64,000 nucleotides of DNA from Tubiluchus corallicola (taxonomy: Eukaryota > Animalia > Priapulida). The stretch is from assembly GCA_030141605.1 (NCBI GenBank), contig JAQGDQ010000231.1, positions 292,516 through 356,515 of the forward strand, in the 5' to 3' direction. Positions within the stretch are counted from its first letter, which is position 1, and each line of letters starts with the position of its first letter. The notes beneath the pieces were generated by a model that saw nothing but the letters and a program-made list of their open reading frames with translations, was not told the origin of the DNA and did not search any database. Positions 1-13,300 of the stretch are shown one piece after another. The position numbers and the translations under genes are program-made.

Positions 1-1331
1 GCAGAGACGCATGTATATGAAAAAGAATACACAAAAATACAATAAGAAACAGTTGCCAAGTGAGACAGCAATTATAGACAGTAGTACTATATGTTCAGTA
101 GACAGCAGCACATGAAAGGGGTGAGCATATAACTGTACATAATTATGTGACAAGCCTATTAGAAGGGAAACATGACCCAAATTCTTTCACTATGTGGGGA
201 GATTGTGGAAGTTGGAAGCAAAAGTGGATCATTCAGTCAAATTACCACCCACCACAGAAAGGTTCATGATGACATGTGACATCTTTCTTTTCTTGACACT
301 GTGAAGGCAATGCAACAGAAAGCGCCATCTTACTCAAGGACAATGTGAAATCAGAATGGTTAACAAAGAGGTTTTCACTGCCTGTCTTAATTGAATCAAC
401 AAACTCAATAGTCTCTCTCGCTGCCTGAAATGCTAGTTACAAGACTTATAATGATGTGCTCCTAAATAATAAACAACTCATGCTACAAGATATATAATTC
501 CTGACTAAGACAGAAATGTCTTTGTCTCCTTTTATATCTAGATGATAAGGGGTGTAATAATGTGATTTTGGATTAAATTCTGTAGGATTAGCCTTGCGAC
601 ATGTAAATGCGGGTAGCTGGCTAGTAGCCAAATAGTTATGTTGGCTATGAAAGTAAAGCAGTGTCAACTGTCAAGTCTAGTCAGTAAGTGGATAGGTGAC
701 CAACAGAAAAACTGCTTCTTGGCAGTTTCACCTGCCATAATGTCTCTGTCACACTGAATAAGGATGGTGGAGAGAGCCACCTATGCCAGTTCAGTTTCTC
801 ACTATAATGCATTATTCTTAGTATGTAGTATATGGCCAAACCTTAAATATTCACTGAGCGTTATAGTATGCCATAATGTTTTCAAGCTTGGTATGTGTTG
901 AACAGTACCTAATAAATTTTGTGTATTACAAAAGTACAAATAGAATATTACAAAAACAGCTACCTTCGAACATGCTGGCAATAACGAATGACATGGCCAC
1001 TTATTGAAGCACACCATTTTTACACAATGTATCATTAATGTTATATATAAATTAAAAACAAAAAATTTAGCATCGATCTTTTAAAATTAAATTGCAATAA
1101 ACACAGGCCCAAATACGTTTTCAGTTTTTTTCATTATGTAAGCAGCTTAGGCTTTACTAATTCTCACAATAACATTCATGAAATCACACAAGGAGGATTC
1201 CCTCTAGTAACTTCCACTTTAGTAATGACAGAAATGACAGCTTTTGGTTTTCTCCTTGAAAAAAGAAAACTGGTTGAACATAATGCAGAACCAGTAAAAA
1301 AAATACAATGCATTAAGAAGTTGAGACATAC

Positions 1332-4300
1332 CGAATCCTCTCGCTTGCTGATATCTAGAGCATGTTCTGAGGTGTGCTCTAAATATTTACGAAACAACCT
1401 ATGTCGACTGCCGGGAATATAAAAATTGAAAGGAAATGGTGAATTCTTATGAAACCATGGTCGTGTGACATCTGTGTAATTCTTTTGGTCCAACCACCAT
1501 GTGTAAGCCTGAAGAAAATTATATAAAGTTTAATACTGTAATTTATGTGTTCTTCTTATACAAAGTAAAAGATTATTAAGTCAAAGCCAGAAAAAGGCGA
1601 ACCGATGAGAGTATAAACATACATCTGTCTATTCATTATTCTACAGCAGCACTTTTCTATTGTGCAACTCATGTTTGATGCTTGATAGCAAAGAGATTTT
1701 TGCAACTGACACAGCTAAAAAAAATCAGTCAATGGCTTTAAAACGTTGACATTTATTTTACACAGCTAATTATAATACCGAACAAGATCTGAACAAGAAA
1801 GAGAATCATCTATTTACTTAAAGGAGAAGAAAAGGTATTCCTGAAGTAGGTTTCAGAAAAATTGCCTTAAAAATTATACTAGTTTATTGCAATCTTAATG
1901 GTATAGCGTACTCGCGTTAAAAGGAATTTTTGTTGGTTTTCGTCTTAAATCTCCTGCGATACTGATCCGACCGCACCATTACATAACGTCACCTATGCAC
2001 AACGTAAATCGGGGGAAGAAAAGACAATGTTTAAATATGTCCCAAAAGACTTTTCATGCAAAGTTATACAACTTGGCTTTACGCTTAACTGCTTGAAAGC
2101 CTTATGCAACTAGAAAAGAAAATTCTTAATAACTTAAAATGTTCCCACAAATTGGTAAAATGTCGTTGACTCACCTCCAGGGTGCACCACTCACTAACCA
2201 AAGTTTAATCTTATTGACAAGATACATTAATTTAAAATTTTGCTTAGTTGATGTAGTATGCACTACAAAGGCTCTGATTATTTTTTCAAACTGTGCGCAG
2301 TATTATCTAAACTTATTTCAAATGACTTATCATCAAAATGGCTGCACTTAATGGTCATCGTGGAAATTTAAATTTGCAAGTTTTATGCAGCGTTACTGGT
2401 TAAGACAGCATGTCATTGGTGTAAAATTTCAAGACGAACTTTTTAAGTTTTATGTTAGTGAAAGGTTTCTTGTGCTTCAAAAGATTTAAGAAAATTACTT
2501 TATGTCAAATTTTGTATAGCAGTGCTTTTAGACTTTTTAGGACTGATGATAAGACGAAACCAGCCAATTGCTTAGGTCCAGCTGTTCAAAAGACAATACA
2601 GTGACATGCACTCACTGCCATTGATCTATATTAAGTTTCCAACGAAAAGTATTACGGCTAGTTATGTATTTGAGAAACAACATCTTTAACTTCTATTGAA
2701 TGAACAAAGTTTTTACTTAATTTACCTGTTCTCACATGAGAAAGCAAACAAAATCTGTTTTAATTGCAAAAGTGCATTCAGTTAACTTACTTAGGCTAAG
2801 GCTCATATTAACAATGGAAAACTTACAGGTGCACAGTTTTGTTGCTACCACATTAATATTTTTTATTCCAAAAAGCATGAGACTGTAAGAAACAATGTGA
2901 AATTTAGGAATTACTACTGTTAAAAATGATCACAAGCTTAAAAGTTTCAAATGAATGAATAGGAGAAAAGATACAGTGCTTAATACAATTGTGGAGAAAA
3001 AACGAGTAAATGAGTAAAATAAGTAAACTTTACCACCACTCACCAAAGCGGGTAAAAGCTTTTGCTCTAACAAGGAAATGTAAGCTAAAATCTCACTGCT
3101 TTGTTTTGCAGTTAGCTCAAAATCAGCCCCAAAATTCTGAAAATTAAAAACGAAAAAACGCTAGTCAGGAAAACTACAGACAAGTGCAAAGGAAAAACAT
3201 ATACAATATACGACATTTTTATTAGTAAAGCAAAAAGGAAAAGATTATCGATAATATAAGTAAATGATAGTAATAGATAATAATAATAGACTAATAATAG
3301 CTTGAGAATACACAATGTATGCATTCATACTGATAAACAGACATAAGTACTTGCCAGGTAATTTATGTCAATAGCTGGTGATTAATAAAAATTTTTAACG
3401 AAATAACTTTACCTTTCCTTCGGCAAATTATAAAAACATCTACAGATTGCACACATATACAGTAGGTGCCGCTTAATAGACTCAATCACCTAACTGACTA
3501 AAAAACACCTAGTATGGGCCACTTCGATTCAAATGTACATAAAAACTGTCAGTAATTGACTCAGATAACTACGCATAAGTTACTCAATATTTTTGCTGCA
3601 CATGCTTCAATAAGACACTTTCATGACACTAATAAGCTGTTATGACTTTTAATCGTCTTAGTTCGCTTTTGTCCGCTTTGTTCCCGTTTTGTTTGTAAGC
3701 AGGAACATTTATTATACTGGCTTCCTTAGACCCACCCAACCACTGCAATTCATCTCGTTACCCAAGAATTCCTGGAAGCTAAACATTTAATCACTTGCTT
3801 AGCAGTTTGCTTTTGAAGTGTTAGAAAGTGTCTTTGCCAGAAAGTTTAATCGGTTAGTTGCTGCTGTTATGCTAGGGATACAGGTACAAGTACAGTACAG
3901 TACGTCAGTGAGCTTAGACGAAACTACAGAGAAAGCTACTTGAGGGGAAACACGGGCACCACCAACAGTTTAAGCACTGCATGCACTAAGTATTTTACGA
4001 GAATTTTCAATGTTTTTATCATTATGAGAACCAACCTCTTTGCGATAAAATAAAGCAGCCGACTTCGAAGGAATCAATGTAAGTGTTTTAAATAACAGAC
4101 TTGTATGATTTAGAAAAGTATACTTTTTAATTTATTGCTAATTTACTTGTATAAATTAATATTATAAAATATCTTTTTCTAATTTTTAACTGCACAAAGG
4201 AGTTTAGGCATTTCTTCGTTTCTAAAATTCACTAAAAACGTTTACAGTGCATAGTAAGCTGACGACTCATACTTCTATACAAGGCTGGCAGTACAGTACG

Positions 4301-7300
4301 GTACGGTACAAAAAATGCTTAAAAGTACGGTACGAAATTACAGTACGGTATTTTTTCAACAGTATGGTACGGTACGAATTTACAGTAATTTTTCGTACCT
4401 TTAATGTACCTTTTCTGTACCGATTTATCTACAGCTTCTTGTAACATTTCTATTGGTCAGGAGCTCATGTGTGGGACTTACTATTCTCCCTAATTAACAC
4501 AGAGGACACGCAAACAAAACCCCTAAATTGGTTCCTTTTGAGTACAAAAACTACAAAGCCACAAGTTGTTTGGAAGCTGCGGTTGTTATTTCCCGTAAAT
4601 TACGTTTGTATTTGTTTATAGATTGCTTCCCATGCTTGACACCAATTCATGTAACGCGGTTGTTTTAACTGCTAATCCTAGCTACTGTGTAATAATTTAT
4701 TGCACATCTCAAGTTATGTAGATTCTGTTGAAGCAAAAACATTTCAAAATGAACGTAGTTAATGAGGAATGCTTAGAACTTTGCCGATCTGTGCAAAACA
4801 GTAACGATTTAGTCATTGCATATCACCTTGGTTAAACGTTTGCTTTGCCAACAAAAGAAGTTCGGAACGATATGACCTAACACATTACCTGGTGACACTG
4901 CAGACGCAATAATGTTTTTAAGATGCAATACGTAGTCAACTTTTCATCTTGTGCTTGATATAATTTTAATCATCTGACTGCTTTTGTATACAATATAATA
5001 GCATAGCCTGTGTTGTGTAACTTTTGAAATCTAAAATAAATAGTACGGAAATTCAAACAGCAGTTCTGTTTCTACAGTATGCATTAATTCATAACAATAA
5101 TTGATAAACTTATCATTTTTACAATTAATTTTTATGCTATTTATCTTTTTACAGCAGATCATACAGGCACCTGGTACGAAATTACGGTACAATATTTTAT
5201 CGTACTAGTACGGTACGATTCGATTTTGTAGGTACGGAATTACGGTACAGTATTTTCAGAAGTACGAAGTACGATATGTTTTTCGTATGTACAGTACTGC
5301 CAACCTTGCTTCAACACCAGTAACACTACACCAATCGGCTAACAGCTTCAGCCGGTTAATAGGGTCAAAGCACTTCGGCCCCAAAGTCAGTCTATTAAGC
5401 TGTGCCCACTGTATTCTAATTGTACAGCAAAATGCCATGGGTAACTATCATCTCACCAGTATCTCTTAACTTATACAAAGGGCAGTTCTTTTTACTGCAT
5501 AACAATACTTAGTCTTTCACTGCACTAAGAATGCAAATGCTTTTCAAGTTTCCAGAAATTTAGTATAATATAATTTGAAAAATAGTAGGTGAAAACTCAT
5601 GTCTAATATCAGAATTATACAAGTGAAGCTACAGTTGCATTATAAAGTTTATGGCAAGCATGCAAAGATGCAAAATAGTAATAAAAGTTTGAAAGGGAGT
5701 CAAAAGCATAAAATTCCTAAAAAGCAAATGCATAATTTAATCAAGATCAGAATCATTTATGCAATAATGGAACTGCACACAGCACTTTAGTTTACTACCT
5801 TTTCCCTCAAGTAAGTCACAATGTCTTTCTGCCGGTTAAATGTTCTCCCTTCATGTCTCAGAACTGGTAAATGTCCTAAAAATTGCAAATTTATTACTTA
5901 ACAAATAAACAGTCATACATTAAAAACTAAACTGTAAATTTTTATACACAAAACTAAACAGTGGTGTTGTCAAGGGTGTCAGAAGGGGCAATTGGCTCCT
6001 TACAAGCATTTCTGTAAGGATAACAATTTTATATAACAGGTGCCAGAAAAGGGATGAAAAGGAATTTAGCAACACCAACGTCAGACAAGGATTGGATACT
6101 CACTATTCTCCAATGATGATAGTGAAATATATATAATCAATCTCCAGTCTTACTGCACTGTCGACCAGACAAGTTAAGAATGCGTCCATGAGAAGACCAT
6201 GCAAAATCGGAAGATTACGGCACAAGGTTAGGTAAACCGATTCAGACCAAAGTTCGGGTATGAGGTCCACTAGTCACTAATATTCACTATATGAATCCGC
6301 TTGGCCCAACTCCTCATAGTAGCAGAGGTACGGCATAGGCCGATTTTCATGAAAAAATACCTATCTTTCTCTATTTTTTACTCATATTTGAAGGATTAGT
6401 CATGCAGCAACTACTGAGTTTGAATAGATCTGACTCTGCACAGTATTTCGATGGAGCGAATTTCTACCCTATTGTAAATGACCCCTGAAAGAGGCATACA
6501 TCAGGGTGAAAATATAGGTAACAACGATCATCAAAAAGCTTCGTGTAGGTAAACATGAGTTGTCAAATCTTGTCAAAATACTTCAAAACGTCATAAATAT
6601 TCATCTTTGGCAACTAGGGGCCTAGCCAGCACATTGGTTAAACTACCGACAGGATTGGCCTCCAGCATTCAAGATGGCGGCCACTGCTGAACTAAAATGT
6701 TCGTTTTCTGGGCTGTTTACCAGCGTTAAATGTGGTATTCTGGCTAGTTATCCGCACGAAATGAATATTGTGAATCTATTAGCCTGTACTAAAGGCACTG
6801 GACCGCATTTAGAGAGCTTCCATCTTCAAAAAAATGAAATATCTATGGAATCGAAATTGCTTCTTGCAAGGGCTGGAAAATGTTTTATGTACTGTTTATT
6901 TTCTGTGCTTTGTAAATGTTATGTACAGGTTATTGCCTAGTTATTACTCATTGTCTTACATAGGCGTACAAGCCAGGACACAAAGAAAATTGCCCTAAAT
7001 CTGAGCGAATGCCCAAAAAATATGGGACAGACTTCCCCCAAAATATCATTTGTCCTGTGATTTTTTTACTGTAAAACACCGAAAATTTTTGTGCCATTGG
7101 CGCAATCATTCAATCACACTATTAGCATTTTTTGTCAGAAGTATCGATTTTGTGCCACAAATAAATTTTGGGCGAAGAAAAATTTTCTGAGCTAAATGTC
7201 ACCGCCATCACCCTAGAAGCGGCCCATACGCTTATATTGTCTCATGTTTAGACTGTAAGATTTTCGCTTTACCACTTTCCCCATGATATATTTGTCTATA

Positions 7301-10300
7301 TTTCTGTATCTATCTTCTAGGGATAATCTACCTGCATCGATAATTCTTTCTCTATTATTTAGATATTATGGTTTTGATTACTTGTACTACTCTTCAGTGT
7401 TAGGATTATGCTGCTACAATAGGAACAGTATTTTGGACTTAGAGAAATTAATTCTGACTGAGTTTTGTAGTTTTTCATTTTTGTACTGATATTCATAATT
7501 TTCTATGAAGCATATTCACATAAAAAGTACAAAAAATAAACGGATGTATAAAAATGAACGGATTTCTATTTTATATGTATATAAATATATATACATACAT
7601 ATATATACATTATATATATACATTATATATATACATTTATATGTATATACTAAGTGTTGTCAGATTGTTTCGCTAGCAATGACTCTCAATCTTAACAATC
7701 GGTACTTCTTTTCTATTAGAGGGCTTATTGTTTAGTCTTTCCTGGTATCCACTAGCGATTCAGTGTGTAGAGAATGCCCTGTATCAGGGTCGGACTCGGT
7801 ACTAGGGGCATTCATGATGTCCTGTCCAGAAATCCATCAGAAGAGGCAAATATTCGTATTTGTAGTCATATGAAAATTCCGACATAACTAAATCAATTTA
7901 AGATGAAATTCGCAAATTTCTAGCAATTTCCATGGCAAAGGAATCTATTGCTACTAGGAAATGAGAGCACTAGTCACAGAAAATGCAGGTTAAACGTGGC
8001 TAAATGTCTACTGTCATATACAACCTGAGCCAAGTATGTCTGCTTTTTACACATGGCCGGAATTGCTATGGAAAGTAAAAAAGTGTGTTGATATGGCAGT
8101 TTTTCTAACAGTGCCCCTCTATATAATGTCATTCATGATATTATCTCAGCTCGTGCGTTTTCATGAAATGTGGAATACAGATTTGTCACTTATAATCCAG
8201 CATATAGATAGAAAAGATATTGAAAAAATACAAAAAAGGGGAATTTTGCTGATTTTTGTGAAATTTTAAAGTACTAGTACTAAATACTGAAACAGGCTCC
8301 AGCAAATTTTCTTTTTTATATTATTAGTGAGGATGATGGTTAACACATACATGAAAACCAGAAGTTCTGTAGCCCCGCAGTGGGCGAGTTATGAGCCTTA
8401 CAACTTAACCTCTCCCTGGACTCTTAACAAAGAGCCGAATTTGAAAAATCCCGTTCTCTGATACTATTAATAGTATGTCAGAAAAAGTTCGGATATCAGA
8501 AGACAATATCTGTGTCTATGTACCAGCCAACTTACATCGACCCATCTATAATAGTTTATACAGGAGAAAAAGTTAAAATAACCACCTCAAAATAGCGAAT
8601 TTTTGCCTCTTTTGAGGTCAATTTCTTCATGTGGTCATTTCTCTGCCAATAGTAGCTCGATCGATTTGATATCTTGGTTACATGGTTTTGGGGGGTCGCC
8701 CTTCATGTTAGAAAAAAATGATATAAATTCGTCACCCCTCATGTGCCACCTCCTGCATGGTGCTCTCGCGGACTCGTTCTTAACATTTATTCATTGCTAT
8801 ACATTTTTTTTTAAATTTGCACGAACCTTATCCTTGAAATCTATGTAATTTTCGTCGGATGCGAATCCGTCATACAAGTACAAAAATTATGTTAATGGAT
8901 ACGTAAGTACCATTTTGCAAACATTAAGTGCTTATGTACACTTCAAAGAAAACAGCAGTGCCACAGACATACTTACCTGATGTAGAATGTAATGGATTGT
9001 TACTCTTTATCAGTTTTAGTGGGGCACCGGCAAACTTGGCGTATGCCTGAAAAAATAATCAAGATACTTACTTAATAATTCAAAAAAATAATTTTTTCAC
9101 AACTGTCACACTAGCTCGATCCCTGGCAGGAGCACACTGTGACGTGTTCTTATCTGTGGCTAACATTTTAATGTTTGTGCTTACTAAGATTTCCCTTATT
9201 ATTTAAGCGGGCTCACCACGAGGTAGAAGTTACGTAATATGGGATTTGCTTTGTTCGCATGGTTATCTGAACTGATGCTCATTTAATAAACGTTTGTTTT
9301 AGTATTCACTAATTATTCAACTGTTGTGGCTGTATCTTGCAAACGTTACATGGTAGTACGGATGGAAGTTATCGGCAAGTGCTTAACTACTGATACGCTG
9401 ATAACATCACTTCTTTAAGTAACGCCAAACTTTCTATCGGGAAGACTGTGGTAAGATAAAATGGCTGACGGCGAAGGTCATGTTCAAGTTACTTCCCCGT
9501 ATAGTGTTCTACCTGCACCACCTAGACTAGACCTGCATGGAAATTTAGCTGCGAATTGGCGAAAATTTCGTCGGGTGTGGGACAATTATGAGGTGGCTTT
9601 GAAGCTCAATGAAGCAAATGATGCTATTAGAACAGCCACGTTATTGACCGTTTTGGGTCCTGAGTGTGTGGAAATTTTTTGATGGACTAGAATTTGAAAA
9701 TGAGGCAGACAAAACAAATGTTGCAATGGTTCTACAAAAATTTGAAGCATTTTGTGTCGGAGAAACTAATGAAACTTACGAACGATATTGTTTTAATAAA
9801 CGCGATCAAAATCCTGGTGAAACAATTGATGCCTATGTCTCATCTTTGCGCACACTAGCCAAAAGGTGTAATTACGGCAACCTAACTGATAGTCTGATAC
9901 GGGATCGGATAGTGCTAGGCATAACTGACAATATTACTCGTAAGCGACTACTGCAAGAGTCGAAACTAACATTGAGTAGCTGCATAACTATTTGTCGCTC
10001 GTTTGCTGAGTCTGCAAGTCAACTTAAAGATATAAAGGCTGAACAAGCCTCGTACTCTGAACAAGTGCAAGCTGTCAAACCCAAAACTCATAAAGGTAGT
10101 GCTAGTAAAGCCACGGGTGCTAAGAAAAAGGTGATTGACTGTCACTTCTGTGGGCATAAGCATGAATGGGACAAAAATAAATGTCCTGCTTATGGCAAAA
10201 CATGTAACATTTGCCATGGAAGAAATCATTTTCAGTCTATGTGCAAATCTAGAGGTAAAACTGACACTCGTGCAAAATCATTTCCGTCGAGAAGAGGCCA

Positions 10301-13300
10301 AAGTGTCTTTGGCATGGCAAACTGTGAGGAAAAGTCGAATGAGTACATGATTGGAACTGTAACTCATACTGTTCATGCTACTGAACAGTGTACCACACAA
10401 CAGCCTCAGATTTACAGTGAATGGCTTATGGAGGGTACACCTACGATTTTTCAGATTGACTGTGGGGCCAGTATAAACATTATACCTGAAAGACTTGTGC
10501 CACATCACTTGTGTGATAAACTTGCTACTGTAAACACTGTGTTAGAAATGTGGAACAAAACTAAAATAAGTCCCATTGGGCAAGTCAGATTGCCAATTGT
10601 AAATCCAAGGAATAAGAAAAGTTACTCTGTGAACTTTTTGGTCGTAAACGAAAATTATGTACCATTGTTAGGTTCGTGTGCTTCACAGCAAATGAAGCTT
10701 ATTACTGTAAATGAAAATAACTTCAAAAGGGTTGAATCAGCCAATGTTGCTAATATGTTGTGTAGTGATAGCAGTACTAGGCCTACAGTACATGTTTCAG
10801 ATGTTTGTAGTGTTGCTGATTATAATGCTTTACTAACTGAATTTTCTGATATTTTCAGTGAGGTACCAGGAGAATTCCCTGGATGTGCAAGTTTGAAAAT
10901 TGATCCTACTGTACCGCCAGTTGTTCAACCATGTAGGCGACTTCCTTATAACATGCGAGTTAAATTTAAAGCTGAACTTGACAAACTCGAACAAAACAAC
11001 ATCATTGAACGTGTAGACCACCCTACTGACTGGGTTAACGCATACACAACTACTACTAAATGTTCGGGTAGTATCAGAATCTGCTTGGATCCTAAACCAC
11101 TGAATAAGGCTATCAGACAAGAAATCTACCATATTCCTACAATGGAGGAGCTTACTCCTAGACTGTGCAATGCGAAGCTCTTTTCTACTTTCGATGTGAC
11201 AAGTGGGTTTCATCACATGAAGCTAGACGAAAAGACCAAAGATCTAACAACATTTGATACTCCGTTCGGTAGATATCGTTATACTAGAGCTCCGTTTGGG
11301 ATTTCGGCTTGGCCTGAGATTTTTCAGAAGAAAATGGATGAGCAAATACAAGGCCTAAAAGGAATAGAAGACTTCCACGATGACGTACTAATTTATGGTT
11401 GTGGTGCTACCATTACAGAAGCCGGTGTTGACCATGACAACAAACTTAGAGCATTCTTTGAACGATGTCGTGAAAGAAATATAAAACTAAATCCAGATAA
11501 AAGTCAGATTCCACGGAGTGAAGTGCGATACCACGGGCATATTCTGAGTGCTAATGGTATTAAAGCTGACCCCGACAAGGTCGTAGCGGTGCAAAATATG
11601 CCAGCTCCAATCGATAAGACGGGAGTAAGAAGACTGTGTGGTTTTGTCAATTACTTGGCAAAGTTTTTGCCTATGCTTTCTGAAGTCTTAAAACCTATTA
11701 GTAACCTAATGTCTGACAAAACAGAATTCAGATGGAACTTTGAACAAGAAGAGGCATTTGCACAGGTTAAAAAGCTCATAACTACGTCTCCCGTGCTCAG
11801 ATATTACAACCCAGATGAAGAACTCACTCTGCAATGTGACAGCAGTCAGTCAGGCTTAGGTGCATGTCTAATGCAGAATGGTCAACCAGTTGCGTTCGCC
11901 TCTCGAACTTTGACTGCAACCGAACAGAACTATGCGCAACTTGAAAAGGAAATGCTGAGTCTAATTTTTGGTATTCAAAAGTTTGACCACTACTGCTACG
12001 CTCGTAAAGTAAAGCTGGAAACTGATCACAAGCCTCTTGAATCCATACTCAAGAAGAGCATACTTAGTGCTCCTAAGGAATACAGCGCATGATGTTGGTG
12101 CTGCAGAACTATGATGTTGAAGTAGTATATAGGAAATGAGCAACCATGCTGATGGCTGACACCTTGTCTCGTGCTTCTCTCCCCGAGACTGATGGCATTG
12201 CTTTAGAATTTGAAACTGTACGTGCTTTGGAATACGTACCTGCTACTTTTAAAGATGAGAAACTTGAATTGCTCAAAGTGGCTACAGTGACTGATCCAGA
12301 GATGAAAGCTTTGCAATCTATGATTAGGTCTGGCTGGCCTTGCAAAGTATCTGAGGTACAACCAGATCTACGGCAATACTTTAATTATAGAGATGAACTG
12401 GCAATAAATGAAGGTTTGATATTTAAAGGTGAGAGAATTGTATACCCACCAAGCGAAAGACTGTCTTTCATTAGAATGGTTCATGCTAGCCACCTGGGAA
12501 TACAAGGCTGCTTGCGAAGAGCACGTGAAGTTGTATTCTGGCCTCGGATAAACGCTGATTTTGAATCTTACATTCAAAAGTGTGAAATCTGTAATGCAAA
12601 TCCACGGTCACAGCAAAAGGAGGAATTGATTCCACAAATTGCAACTCGACCATGGCAGATTGTAGGAAGTGATCTGTGTGAGGTAAATAATACTGATTAT
12701 CTCATAACTGTTGACTATTATTCCAATTTCTTTGAAATAGACAAGCTTGAATCAAAAGAAGCTAGAACAGTCATAACAAAGTTGAAAGCACATTTTTCTC
12801 GGCATGGAATACCAGAAATGCTCCGTTCTGATAATGTGCCATTTGATTCTCAAGAGTATAAAATTTTTGCTAAAACTTATGGCTTCCAAAATGAAACTTC
12901 TTCACCGAGGTATCCAAAATCAAATGGCAAAGTTGAGAATGCTGTCAACACTGCTAAGCGTTTGATGAAGAAAGCGCTAGTTGCAAAAGAAGACCCATAC
13001 TTGTCTCTATTGGCTTATAGAAATACACCAACAGAAGGTCTTAATGCATCACCCGCTCAACGATTGTTTGGAAGACGGACACGAACTACTCTACCAATGC
13101 CATCTTCTTTGCCAGAGCCGAAACTTGTGCCAAATACTGGAGAGAAAATCATTGCTCAGAAGGATCGCCAAGCTACATATTACAACCAACAGGCGAAACC
13201 TTTGATTCAATTAATGGTTGGGGATGTTGTACGTATGGACCCTCTACGAAAAGGGAAGATGTGGGAGAAAGCTATAGTGATACGGAAGATTGGTGAAAGG

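Noticed and set aside
2821-2886. Extra AG..GTAAGT-bounded segment in a metaxin intron
   Set aside because: Stop codon in the required frame, and the protein is already continuous from exon 3136-3044 to exon 1508-1332
4290-4400. Regularly recurring GTACGGTAC units resembling a CRISPR or other array
   Set aside because: Irregular subterminal repeats of a hAT-like element in eukaryotic DNA; no constant repeat-spacer structure and no cas genes
9660-9690. Programmed ribosomal frameshift at GAAATTTTTTGAT between the first two Gypsy ORFs
   Set aside because: It falls in the middle of gag, not at the gag-pol junction, and needs only removal of one T from a homopolymer; mutation or sequencing error is simpler
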